Shown here: positions 28,701-38,204 of the stretch, piece by piece
Numbering within the stretch: position 1 is the first letter of the stretch
How the letters are laid out: each line of letters begins with the position of its first letter
Source: a virus
Lineage: Duplodnaviria > Caudoviricetes
IMG/VR virus record: IMGVR_UViG_3300030433_003105
Location: 1-42,966 of that record
Length of the DNA stretch: 42,966 nucleotides
Reading direction: 5' to 3' (one strand)
The notes under the pieces: generated by a model
The model's input: the letters and a program-made list of their open reading frames with translations, nothing else
Database searches by the model: none
Told to the model about the DNA's origin: nothing
Translations under genes and position numbers: made by a program

Positions 28701-30633
28701 CCTCACTTAACGAACCTTTTGGTGTTGCTGCTACAGTATCATTAGCATAATCTAAACGATCTACTGTTGATCTGTTACCAGGTGCACTACCACCACCAAA
28801 ATATCCAAAATTAGCATCACCTGTTGCTGCGAGGAGTTTCCTAGCAACACTTAATGGACCTTTTGGTGTTGCTGCTACAGTATCATTAGCATAATCTAAA
28901 CGATCTACTGTTGATATTACAGAAGGAGTGGAACCACCACCAATATAAGCAAAATGTTTATTGCCTGTTGATGAAAGACCTTTTTTCGCACCACTTAATG
29001 GACCTTTTGCCACACAGTTTGTAGTATCACTCGAATAATCAAGACGATCTGTTGTTGATATAGCACTGGGTGTTTCTCCACCCATAAAATATCCAAAATC
29101 ACGATTACCTGTTGCTGTTAATTCTTTTACTCCCGGTGAAGCAGATAATGATCCTTTTTGTACTGCCGTAGCAGTATCGTTAAAGTATTCGATACGGAAT
29201 ATTGAAGTTGTTCTAGGACCTAAATGATTCGAACCACCACCAAAGTATCCAAAATTAGCATTACCTGTTGCTCCATGAGAATGCTTCTGTTGACCCAATG
29301 GACCTTTAGGTGATGCTGTTCCAGTATCGTTTGAATAATCGATACGATCAACAATAGAATACTGTGCTAAAGCTGGATTTCCTCCACCACCAAAGTAACC
29401 AAATTCAGAACTACTAGATCCTGCCAGCATTCGTCTTCCGGTTGAAGTGCTTAATGGTCCTTTTTCTACTGCCGTTGCGGTGTCATTGGAATAATCAATA
29501 CGTTCTACTGTCGATTTAAATGGATTACTATCACCACCCCCCGCAAAATAACCGGTAGAATGTCCAAAAGGTTGTGGACCAGGACCTAATACGGTCAATA
29601 CCTGTTTTGGCAATCCATATTGAACGATACTAAAACCACTAACAAAAACAACAACACCATTGCTCGTGCCAGGGATCAGGTTGCTTGATGGAGTTGCAGT
29701 ATCATTGGCATAATTTATTTTCTGAACGTTTCCAGATGGATGGTAACCACCTATCCAAGCAGCATCATCATTTCCAGCAACAGCATCAGCTGGTTGCGAA
29801 GAAGCACCTGGTGATATTTGACCTCTAGGTGATGCTTGAGCAGTATCATTGGAATAATCAACACGATCTACTAAACTTCCCCCACCTGACCAACCAGTAT
29901 TACCAGCAGATGCTCCAAACCACCAACCATAGTCAGCATTTCCAGTAGCACCAGCAAAACAACCTCTAGCAACAGTTAATGGTCCTTTAGGTGCTAAAGC
30001 AGCAGTGTCATTGGAATAATCTAGACGATCTACAGTTGACTTAGCTGGTGATCCACCACCACCTCGATACAGGTAAGATTGATTTCCGGTTACACCAGCA
30101 TCTGACCGGCTACCATCAGGGTTATTACCATGTGTTACTGTTGATTGGGAAGTATCATTCGAAAAATCAAACCTTTCAATACTAGACTGGGATGCAGTAT
30201 ATGCATAGTTAGTATTAAATGCCGATTGCCCATACGAATTGTTTAATGATGGAGTTCCACCTGGCACTAAAAGTGCAGTATCATTAGCAAAAGAAAATGC
30301 TAACATCGAGCCACTAGGATTTACGGATGCACCTGCTTCAACTACATGATATCCTTTTGTAGGAGATCCAAATGTAGTATATGGTCTTGTACTCGTAGTT
30401 ACTGCTCCGGGTATACTTGCCCTACTTTGCCATTCAGTATCATTAGAGAAATCTATTCTCCTAAAATCTGACGCACCGTTACCACCAGTCCAATATCCAT
30501 AATTCCACCCTGTTACTGTATGAGTTTTAGAGGTATCACCATCCAAAAATACCTCAGATTTATTAGTCCATTCTTCATCTATTTGAAGATTATAGACATC
30601 TTCTAGTCCGAATACACCATTTTTTATTCCCAT
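25717..30633 (-). CDS. giant Kelch-like repeat protein, five predicted beta-propellers; paralogue of 15598-21291
   Basis: Same RIDYSNDT..PKGPL repeat, more diverged; same N-terminal G(V/I)FGL.DV...W motif and NALPQ C-terminus. Confidence 0.8.
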   Translation of the reverse strand: MGIKNGVFGLEDVYNLQIDEEWTNKSEVFLDGDTSKTHTVTGWNYGYWTGGNGASDFRRIDFSNDTEWQSRASIPGAVTTSTRPYTTFGSPTKGYHVVEAGASVNPSGSMLAFSFANDTALLVPGGTPSLNNSYGQSAFNTNYAYTASQSSIERFDFSNDTSQSTVTHGNNPDGSRSDAGVTGNQSYLYRGGGGSPAKSTVDRLDYSNDTAALAPKGPLTVARGCFAGATGNADYGWWFGASAGNTGWSGGGSLVDRVDYSNDTAQASPRGQISPGASSQPADAVAGNDDAAWIGGYHPSGNVQKINYANDTATPSSNLIPGTSNGVVVFVSGFSIVQYGLPKQVLTVLGPGPQPFGHSTGYFAGGGDSNPFKSTVERIDYSNDTATAVEKGPLSTSTGRRMLAGSSSSEFGYFGGGGNPALAQYSIVDRIDYSNDTGTASPKGPLGQQKHSHGATGNANFGYFGGGSNHLGPRTTSIFRIEYFNDTATAVQKGSLSASPGVKELTATGNRDFGYFMGGETPSAISTTDRLDYSSDTTNCVAKGPLSGAKKGLSSTGNKHFAYIGGGSTPSVISTVDRLDYANDTVAATPKGPLSVARKLLAATGDANFGYFGGGSAPGNRSTVDRLDYANDTVAATPKGSLSEAKKELGATSSHHGALPTTAVPFPEVYNFATNVVQPPNFAVLSQPGNSGTNLYKYDFASNTASLLAGRAHGNNYFSNGRNQYASSNNHAYFAGQYTSGSQVQRVDYADDSSNTLFRANLPSTMYNAGSSFNTSYAWFAGGATPNRTSNTTRLDYANDLTAPAPKGDLTLSRDKHAGTGNQNYGYHSGGATAPADPTSTTERIDYSNDTAAATPKGPLTAARRYFGASSNADFGYWAGGDAGSSHRSRVDRLDFSNDTATAITKAFISQPSPSPGNQMAGFGSDSAAYFFGGSPGNSSVERLDYASDTFISEINLYSANPAQGPFSDDKGASARQNGNPVNAVLKNDYSNSPQFGFPAANFVYFGGGNPGGGRIHKYNTFNDTGTLAAPLQAVRSDYGGATGNNFFGYFFAGAPSESRFERMDYANDFAAPAFRGTLDTSTPTFSQSYGAATGSADVAYFIPGYYTNVQRIDYSNDTATGSQKGKISIGRYLSPGHLTGNQNFGYYIGGFTGSTETSVIDRIDYSNDTAAAAPKGSLTDTRRSGATSSNANYAYLGGGNDPSTNRSNFNRLDFSNDTNATIPKGALNAGPGQEQPNATGDGAMGYFWQYNENLICRLDYSNDTANALPRSPSATTGLERIGQYASGVSSMEKGLDENKFPFPLASNVATNFGYFMQPNGRGVARIDYTNDTETGRGAPSPAGILAGNHCNANSSQTYGYIATGQSAPSSDLPAGQPTLSNYGGIARFDYQNDLFGIAYRSQLFAGNYGSPGGGAAVSNTNYGYWAGGWNLSGPLAPSPVDGSSAVNRLDYANDTTDCIIRGNLAVGTNDTSACGNASSAYFMGGSGSAYAPPGVPSAGSQVQRMDYSNDNVTWSLKGLLDHSRQRCAATGNASYGYVAGDNGGSITSLSRVDYSNDTAQASPKGPLPTAFQYTSATGNTSFGYFTGLNYSSNSYTTVYRLDYSSDTSTASPKGPLGSNNSGRPNQGFSAAANALPQ

Positions 30634-30645
30634 TTTACTCTACCT

Positions 30646-33600
30646 CTAAAGAATTTTTCTACCAGAAACAATAACATCGATCGTGCTAGTGGATCCCACT
30701 TCAACTTCTAGTTTAGCATCAGTCTCTATCCTCTTGTATCTATCTAAAATATCCACTGTAGAATATCTTGGAATGATTAAATCTTTTACAAGATATGTTG
30801 TCGATAGTCCACTGGTAACTCTAATTGAAACTGGATAGTCACCAGAATCAGTGCGATTTACAAATCCAATTCTTTGGAGCATTGTTGGATTTCCTGTTGA
30901 TGTATATAGTGTTGTGGGTGCTATGGTATTTATGGTGGTTGGACCAGCAAACTTACTGATATATTCTGAACTGGTAAATTCAGTAAAATTCATATAAACT
31001 TCTGCTGCAGTAGTAATACCAATATAAGATTGATCAGTAACCCACATTTTCATTACATCTGATGGACCTGCAACTATAGGATTCTTTAGAAGTTCAATCG
31101 TGCCACCATTTGCAATAGGAACATTATATGCAATATAAGTTTGCTCTGCTGCCGATGCATCTTCAATGGATGCAATAATATTTACTGTTGTCCCTACACC
31201 CACCGAAGTCTCAGTGTTTGCGACATTAATCGATTCAATAACATATTGTTTACCTGCGGTTGATGGGAAAGTAAATACCGTCGTTTCAAAAGATGTTGGT
31301 TCAAAGTGATTAGAACTTGAAATTCCAGCATAAAATTCCAGTGGAATTTTAGTTAGTTTGGAACCATCACCATTATATTCAGATGCAGTAATAATACCAG
31401 CATTGATAAGACCATCAGTAGAATTATTAAAATCAAAATTGTTTGCAGTTAAAATACCACTGACTGTGGTATCAATATCAATTAATACCTGATTATTAGA
31501 AACTGAGAAGAGACTAGTAATTATTCCAGTATTATTAATTTGGAAATGAGGTATACTATCATCAAGATTGGTCGGAGGTGATACAAGTAATGTTCCATCA
31601 ACATGTAGGTCAGCATCTGGTGAGTCAGTTTTGATACCAACACTTCTAGAAGAATCTATTACAAAATCGTCGGTAGTAACTTCAATACCACTCGAACCAA
31701 ACCTGAAATCATTAGTGATTGCACCAGGGTTAAATCTTAATGCAATAGTGTCTGCGATAAAAGAATCAGTATTTCCAGAACTATCAGTAAATGCACCAGG
31801 ATTTTCAGTTGCTGCTAATGGCAACAACTTATGTGCTACCATCAAAGTAGACGAGTTTAGTGAGTTGTTTGAAGCTACAGCAAGAGTATATCCAGTTGGA
31901 GCACTAGTGGTGCTTGCTACCTCATCATCATCCAAGAAACCAGCCGCAATAATCAAAGATTTATCACTAACAGGAGTGATTGCTGGGCAATTTGGCATAG
32001 AGCCAGAGCTGCTGGTGCTGGTCGCATTTACATCAAATGGAGTGCTGGAATCAACAAATCTGTATGCAAGCATTGCATAACCAACATTAGAGCTTGTAAA
32101 TGTTGCCGTTATAGATGATCCGGTGGCAAATTTATAAAATACTGCACGATATGGTGAACTAGTATTATTGTTACTAATACCAGTAATATCAGTCCAATTT
32201 GAACTATCAGTCTGTGGAGTAGGGACGCTCCAATTATCAGAAACACCCATGAATAAAACAAGATCACCAGATTGAATTCCGTTAAGTGTTAATGAAGTTC
32301 CACCGTTACTAGTAACTGAATTAACAAAAGTTGGACCTTGACCTTTTTCGGATTTAACTTCAAGAGTATCTGATGGAGAATCAGTTCCAATACCCAATCT
32401 TGTGGAGGATGGGTTAAAGACAAAATTTTGTGTTGAAATTCCTGCAAGAGAAGTTTGTGCAGTACCAACAAAGAATGAAATAGGTTGTGCCTGATCAACA
32501 GTATTCTCAGTTGGTGTAATACCGGCAACAATACCTGTAAGTTGTGAACCATCACCTGTATATGATGTTGCATCAACGTTTCCTGTAACTGTGATACCAC
32601 CGGAAGTGGTTTCAAGTTTCTTGGAGTTGTTGTGATAAATCTCTACTGCTCCATTTTGAGTATACTTAAAGAAAGTATCAGAATTGGTATCGTCTGCCAT
32701 GGTGAAAACACCAGCATCCAATGTCATACTAATATCAATTTGAGCACCACCAGTAACATCATCAAAAATTAGTTTTGGAGAATCAGATTGAATTTGAACC
32801 GCACCTGCTCCTGTCGAATAAAGTTGAAGATTTTGATTAGAAGCAGTTTTAATAACATTATTAGAACCATCATGATAGATTTCTAAATCATCACCAGTAC
32901 CAAGGAGGATTTTTTGATTATCCTCCATATCTAATCCATCGGCAGTAATAGTTCCGGTTACATCAATACCAGTAGATGCAGTAACAAATTTCTGAGAACC
33001 GTAATGACGAAGTCTTACTTCGCCACTACTGCCGACACATTCAATATATTCAGTTATACCACCGCTACCATTGTCGCTTCTTAGGGAAATACTACCATCA
33101 TTAACATGTTGGTCAAGGATTAAACTACCGGTATAATTTGAAATATATGAATGAACGCCATTGTGCTGAATATCTAAGTCATCAGAAGTTCCAAATGTTG
33201 CTGCTACACTATCATTAAATCTCAAGTTTCCACTTGTCTTAACATCAGCAGCATCACTACGGAGGAAGGAAGTAGAATCAATACCATCCAAAGTAGCAGC
33301 ATCAACATTGGTGAGTGCTGCACCATTACCACTATGAGCACCACTAAAAGTAACAGCGGTAAGAGTATCGTTACTTGGATTATAAGTTAGATTAGTATCG
33401 GTTTCTGCACCTTGAGATCCAGAATTGCCATCAGCAAATAATAGATATACAGTTTCATTCGCGCTATTATTTGAGGTTACCGTAAAAGTAGTAGCATTAA
33501 CATTGGTGAGTGAAGAACCATCTCCACTAAATTGAGTGGCATATAAGATTCCACTAGAAGCATTAAAAGTTAAATTGCTACCTGTCTTAGGTGCCTGGTT

Positions 33601-34542
33601 ACCGGTAGCTGAGTTTGTGAATACTAAGAAGTTCTGCGTATCAGAAGACTCATCGGCAACTGTAATATTTGAAGCAGTAATACCGGTTAGATTGCTTGCA
33701 TCACCATATAAAGTATCTGCATATATGTTTGCAAATCTAACACCGTTTGATCCTATATCTGTGTTGCTATCTTGACTTGGTAGTATATTTCCCGTAACTG
33801 TTGTAGTTCCAGCAACAGTCAGTGCGGTTCCATTTAAAAGTTGTAGACTATCACTTCTCCATCTACCCGTGATTGTTTGTGAACCTGCTTTGATATGTGC
33901 AAACTCAAGAGCACCATCTTCAGATCCGTTAGTTGAATCTAAAACCTTAGCAGTAATCTTGGCATAATTTCTCTCAGTTCCACTGGAACTGTTTCCGGCA
34001 AACTTAATCTGTCCAAGATAATCTGCAGCTGTAACACTAGAACTGTTTTTAAACAGTTTAAATTCTGGTAAAGCAGTAGCAGTTCCAGCATCAGCCTCTT
34101 CAAGAGTTAAGTCACCAGTTACCTTTGCACCAGTAGAAGTGGTTTGAAATTTTATAGAATTATTATGATAAAGACTTACTGCTCCATCTTGAACTGCAGT
34201 AAGCATATTCTCACTGCGAGCCGTATTCATTAATGCTATATTGTTTCCCGAAAGCACCATCTTGTTGCTTCCGGCATAGTTAATATATCCAACACCAGAG
34301 TTACCACCATCGTGGTATATCTGCATATAAGAACTATACGAACTGTTATCTCCTAGGGTTAGTTTTGTATTATCACTACCATCCTCAAGAAGTTTTAAAG
34401 TATCAGCACTTCTATCATAAAATACACCAAGCCCTGTTGTTGCGGAGGTGTATTTTACATCATTAGCAAAAGTCGAAATACCTGCATTTACTATACCTCT
34501 ACTATCATCAATTATAGTAGAACCCGATATCTTAATTGCCAT
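30646..34542 (-). CDS. tail fibre-like structural protein
   Basis: S/T/G-rich; repeated DL.IYHDG and GAV.LY.NN.KK.ETT fibre motifs, GIGT.SP; late-promoter-like element upstream. Confidence 0.75.
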   Translation of the reverse strand: MAIKISGSTIIDDSRGIVNAGISTFANDVKYTSATTGLGVFYDRSADTLKLLEDGSDNTKLTLGDNSSYSSYMQIYHDGGNSGVGYINYAGSNKMVLSGNNIALMNTARSENMLTAVQDGAVSLYHNNSIKFQTTSTGAKVTGDLTLEEADAGTATALPEFKLFKNSSSVTAADYLGQIKFAGNSSSGTERNYAKITAKVLDSTNGSEDGALEFAHIKAGSQTITGRWRSDSLQLLNGTALTVAGTTTVTGNILPSQDSNTDIGSNGVRFANIYADTLYGDASNLTGITASNITVADESSDTQNFLVFTNSATGNQAPKTGSNLTFNASSGILYATQFSGDGSSLTNVNATTFTVTSNNSANETVYLLFADGNSGSQGAETDTNLTYNPSNDTLTAVTFSGAHSGNGAALTNVDAATLDGIDSTSFLRSDAADVKTSGNLRFNDSVAATFGTSDDLDIQHNGVHSYISNYTGSLILDQHVNDGSISLRSDNGSGGITEYIECVGSSGEVRLRHYGSQKFVTASTGIDVTGTITADGLDMEDNQKILLGTGDDLEIYHDGSNNVIKTASNQNLQLYSTGAGAVQIQSDSPKLIFDDVTGGAQIDISMTLDAGVFTMADDTNSDTFFKYTQNGAVEIYHNNSKKLETTSGGITVTGNVDATSYTGDGSQLTGIVAGITPTENTVDQAQPISFFVGTAQTSLAGISTQNFVFNPSSTRLGIGTDSPSDTLEVKSEKGQGPTFVNSVTSNGGTSLTLNGIQSGDLVLFMGVSDNWSVPTPQTDSSNWTDITGISNNNTSSPYRAVFYKFATGSSITATFTSSNVGYAMLAYRFVDSSTPFDVNATSTSSSGSMPNCPAITPVSDKSLIIAAGFLDDDEVASTTSAPTGYTLAVASNNSLNSSTLMVAHKLLPLAATENPGAFTDSSGNTDSFIADTIALRFNPGAITNDFRFGSSGIEVTTDDFVIDSSRSVGIKTDSPDADLHVDGTLLVSPPTNLDDSIPHFQINNTGIITSLFSVSNNQVLIDIDTTVSGILTANNFDFNNSTDGLINAGIITASEYNGDGSKLTKIPLEFYAGISSSNHFEPTSFETTVFTFPSTAGKQYVIESINVANTETSVGVGTTVNIIASIEDASAAEQTYIAYNVPIANGGTIELLKNPIVAGPSDVMKMWVTDQSYIGITTAAEVYMNFTEFTSSEYISKFAGPTTINTIAPTTLYTSTGNPTMLQRIGFVNRTDSGDYPVSIRVTSGLSTTYLVKDLIIPRYSTVDILDRYKRIETDAKLEVEVGSTSTIDVIVSGRKIL

Positions 34543-34582
34543 CTACCGTCCTCGTATACACTGGGTAGTTTAATAGTGTAAG

Positions 34583-34590
34583 TATTTAGA
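34583..34590 (-). promoter_or_regulatory. late promoter variant
   Basis: TCTAAATA in the gap between two fibre genes. Confidence 0.5.
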
Positions 34591-34593
34591 CAA

Positions 34594-37500
34594 TCATTCG
34601 AGTTGGGATAGTCTTTCGTTCAGGGAATTAATTTGTGTTTGCTGCTCCTTAACAACCTCAATCAGAAGACCGATGAGACCATTGTAGTTGACCGTCTTAG
34701 GATCGGTATCACTGACCAGTTCTGGTAAGACTTCTTGAATGTTATCGGCAATAACACCCATCGATGGTTTATTATTCTCAATCCAGTTGAAGGATACACC
34801 ATTGATTTGCAGAACCTTCTCAAGTGGATCACCAATTACCTGAACATTAGTTTTCAATCTTGCATCAGATGTAGAGTTGAAGTCGGTTGCAGTGACCTGA
34901 CCACCAACACCCAAGTCACCAGTAGAAGGATTAAAGGTTAACTTACTAGAAGAAACATTAGCACCTGTGATAGTTCCACTTGTGGCATCATCGAATATTA
35001 AGTATCTCGTTGCGTTTGTAGAGGTGTCATCTGTTATTGTGATTCCAGCAGAGATACCAGTTAAATTACTTCCATCACCATATAAAGTATCTGCATAAAG
35101 ATTTCTCCATCTTACTGAATTTGTTCCAAGATCGTGTGTGCTATCTGCAGCAGGATCTACTCGACCAGTAATAGTCACACCATTAGTGTTGGTTTTAAAT
35201 TTTTCAATTCCGTTGTAATAAAGATTAACAGTTCCTAAAGAAGAGTTTGCTCTAATTCTATAAGTATTGCCAGATTCATTTAATAGTGCCCACGTATCGT
35301 CAGTTTCAAAGAAAATACCATGGTCGGATTCAAATCTACTATTGTTACCATCATCATAGATTCTTAAGGAATCATTATCTGTTAAATTGCTGGAATCAAA
35401 TCTAAGTTGAACGTTTGCTGGCAAATGTACTGTGTTATTGAATGTAGAAACACCAACTATATTAAGTTCATCATATGTTGGTGAAGTAGATACTCCTATG
35501 TTAGCAATTGTTCCGACACCAGTAGCAACTACGTTACCTCTTGGATCGACAAAGTTAAGTGTGGAGTATGTGAATCCTGTTCCGACTTGAACACCATTAT
35601 TTTGAATTCTAAGACCTTCAATTTTTCCAAGAATAAGATCTTCAAGATTTCCACCAGATCCAAAGTATGCCGAAGCACTGACTATACCTGAAGAAGCAAA
35701 GAACGTAATACCAGTGCCAACATGCACGTTATTATTAAATGTAGATATTCCTACTACATTAAAATCTTTAGTGCTGGTAATGCCGGTTACATTTAAATCA
35801 TCAAATGTCGGACTATCCGACATTGTAATTGTTGCAATACCATTAGCACCAGTAGTTGCAGTTGCTTCAATGTTAGATCCAACAAAATTGAGAGTCGCAA
35901 TACTATTTGCAGTTCCAACTGTACTACCCTCATCCTGAACACTAATTCCACCAAAAGCACCCGATCCAGAACTTACATTGGACCAGACAGGTTGAGAACC
36001 AGTCCAGAGAAGAACTTGATTTGGATTAGCACTACTAGCATCAACAAAAACAGTGTTTCCTGAGGAAGATTGATAAGGAATATCCCCAGTATCTCCACCC
36101 GCAAGATTAGTTGCTGTTACAGCAGTTCCAACATTCAAGCTACCTTCAGCAGTTCCATTGAGTGTGAATGCTGTTGTTGCAAATGATGCGGTGGATGCTG
36201 TTCCGGTCAGATTAGCAGTGATAGTGCCAGCACTAAAGTTACCAGATCCATCTCTAGAAACTATGGTGTTTGGAGTATTAGCATCCGTTGCATTACTAGT
36301 GACAGTAAACGTTGCATTACTAGAATTATTGAAAGTAGCAGAACCACTGATTCCTGTTCCAGCCGTTGCAAGACTTAGAGTTTTATCAAGAGTGGCTGTG
36401 ATAATACCAGTCGCATTAATATTTCTTACATTCGTAATATCATCAAAATCTGTCTCAATATTTCCAACTGCAAACTTGGTTCCTGCCGACATTGATGTTG
36501 TCCCAACACCAAATGCATAGTTAGATAACCAAGCATCAGTACTCAATCCAGCAAATGAACTACTCTTAAACCACATAATCTTTTTATATGTGGAAGGTAA
36601 AGTTTCACCAACACCAGGATTTACAAGAGTGACAAGTGGTGTTCCTTCTGTTGATGCAACAGCAATACCACCATGATTTGCAGTCGTATCATTAGAAACT
36701 TCATTTCCATGTGTGTCGGTGGTAAATCCAAGAATAATATCAGCATCCTTTACCTTAAAGGTATCAACAATAATTGATGCTCCTGTGCCACCAATTGTAA
36801 TATTTCCAGTTACGTTTAAATCTCTGTTAACCTGAAGATCCTGTCCTATGGTTACATTACCACCAATCGTTGGATTAGGAACAAAACCAATCGTTGGTGT
36901 TGAACCTTCACCTGTTCCACTAGTTACTAAAATTTCATTAGCAGTTCCAGCAACTGTCTTAACATAATCACCAGAAGTATAAGTTCCAAGACCAATAGAA
37001 TCTTCAGTGATTGTTGCAGCAAAAGCTACATTAGCACTACCATTGAAAGATATAACTGGAGCAGTTACAAAATCTCCAGTTATAGAGAAGTCTCTTGCCG
37101 TTGCTAAAGTGGTTGCAGTTCCAGCATTGCCGGTCAAGTCTCCAGTAAATGTGGTAGCAGTGATTGCTCCAGAAACATTTACGTCATCAAGTTCAGCATG
37201 ACCAATTACATTAATACCATCAGCAGTGGTTTCAAATTTCTTGGAGTTGTCGTAATAAAGTTCTACTGCTCCATCTTTAATAAATTTGGCATAAACTTCA
37301 GATCCATTATATTGTTTTAATACAATTTGACTTGTTGATTGTAGATATAATGGTGAGTCTCCTTGGATACTGTTACCAGTTCCATTTTGATGGAAAATCT
37401 GCAGATCATTGCTGTCACCAAGCATTATCTTGGTATTGTCAGGTAAATTAACCTGACCATTGAATGTAGAAATACCAGAAACATTTAAGTTATCAAGTTC

Positions 37501-38187
37501 AGTGTGACCATCTACATCAAGATCGGCATTAAGATCTACATTAGACGCAAAAGTTGATACTCCAACTACAGATAAATTTTGAGTGGTGGTGAGTCCAGTA
37601 ACACCTAGTGTTCCTATATTATAGGTATCAGTTCCAGTGCCAACTGTCCCATCTAAATTTCTGTTAACTAATTCCCACCAATTTCCTGCATGAGCAAAAT
37701 ATGCTTTGCCGGTTGCATGAACATGGGCAAATGCACCATGATATGTCGCAGCACTAGGGAGATCTGATAAGTTACTATAAAGGAATGGGATGACGTTGCT
37801 GGTTGCAGCACCAACTATTCTACCATTAGAATCAATAGTATTTCCAAACGTGGCAATACCACTTACATTTAACTCATCTAATTCAGTGAGTCCATCGACA
37901 TCTAAATCTGCATTAATGTCTACGTTAGATGCAAAAGTAGAAAGACCAGAAACAAATAATTCGGCAAAAGTATTTCCGGCACCAGTGACAACTAATTTAG
38001 TTGCAGTTAATATTCCACTAATTTCTGCATCACCACGAACTTCTAGTTCTACACCAGGATCAAAAATTGTTGTGCCAATACCAACACGACCAACTACCTC
38101 CAGTACCTTTTCATTCTGGGTACTTCCCTCTATACCAATTTTTTGCTGCTGCTGTCTGCCGCTAAGAAAACGTACTGGTGCTGCCAT
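34594..38187 (-). CDS. tail fibre with C-terminal intramolecular chaperone (peptidase S74)
   Basis: C-terminal SDARLK.N.....LEKV.QINGVSFNW..GVIA....VLPELV..VNYNGLIGLLIE plus coiled coil; repeated L.VSG.STF motifs. Confidence 0.88.
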   Translation of the reverse strand: MAAPVRFLSGRQQQQKIGIEGSTQNEKVLEVVGRVGIGTTIFDPGVELEVRGDAEISGILTATKLVVTGAGNTFAELFVSGLSTFASNVDINADLDVDGLTELDELNVSGIATFGNTIDSNGRIVGAATSNVIPFLYSNLSDLPSAATYHGAFAHVHATGKAYFAHAGNWWELVNRNLDGTVGTGTDTYNIGTLGVTGLTTTQNLSVVGVSTFASNVDLNADLDVDGHTELDNLNVSGISTFNGQVNLPDNTKIMLGDSNDLQIFHQNGTGNSIQGDSPLYLQSTSQIVLKQYNGSEVYAKFIKDGAVELYYDNSKKFETTADGINVIGHAELDDVNVSGAITATTFTGDLTGNAGTATTLATARDFSITGDFVTAPVISFNGSANVAFAATITEDSIGLGTYTSGDYVKTVAGTANEILVTSGTGEGSTPTIGFVPNPTIGGNVTIGQDLQVNRDLNVTGNITIGGTGASIIVDTFKVKDADIILGFTTDTHGNEVSNDTTANHGGIAVASTEGTPLVTLVNPGVGETLPSTYKKIMWFKSSSFAGLSTDAWLSNYAFGVGTTSMSAGTKFAVGNIETDFDDITNVRNINATGIITATLDKTLSLATAGTGISGSATFNNSSNATFTVTSNATDANTPNTIVSRDGSGNFSAGTITANLTGTASTASFATTAFTLNGTAEGSLNVGTAVTATNLAGGDTGDIPYQSSSGNTVFVDASSANPNQVLLWTGSQPVWSNVSSGSGAFGGISVQDEGSTVGTANSIATLNFVGSNIEATATTGANGIATITMSDSPTFDDLNVTGITSTKDFNVVGISTFNNNVHVGTGITFFASSGIVSASAYFGSGGNLEDLILGKIEGLRIQNNGVQVGTGFTYSTLNFVDPRGNVVATGVGTIANIGVSTSPTYDELNIVGVSTFNNTVHLPANVQLRFDSSNLTDNDSLRIYDDGNNSRFESDHGIFFETDDTWALLNESGNTYRIRANSSLGTVNLYYNGIEKFKTNTNGVTITGRVDPAADSTHDLGTNSVRWRNLYADTLYGDGSNLTGISAGITITDDTSTNATRYLIFDDATSGTITGANVSSSKLTFNPSTGDLGVGGQVTATDFNSTSDARLKTNVQVIGDPLEKVLQINGVSFNWIENNKPSMGVIADNIQEVLPELVSDTDPKTVNYNGLIGLLIEVVKEQQTQINSLNERLSQLE

Positions 38188-38204
38188 TTTTCTACTTTAA
38201 AATA

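Noticed and set aside
15598-30633. Regularly spaced ~30-nt DNA repeats resembling a CRISPR array
   Set aside because: They are degenerate, in-frame codons for RIDYSNDT within long ORFs with a ~140-nt period; no cas operon or leader is present
31568-38200. Plus-strand ORFs of 64-170 aa opposite the fibre genes (and similar ones elsewhere, e.g. 23293-23727)
   Set aside because: Antisense open frames expected from biased codon usage in S/T/G-rich genes; no motifs or expression signals
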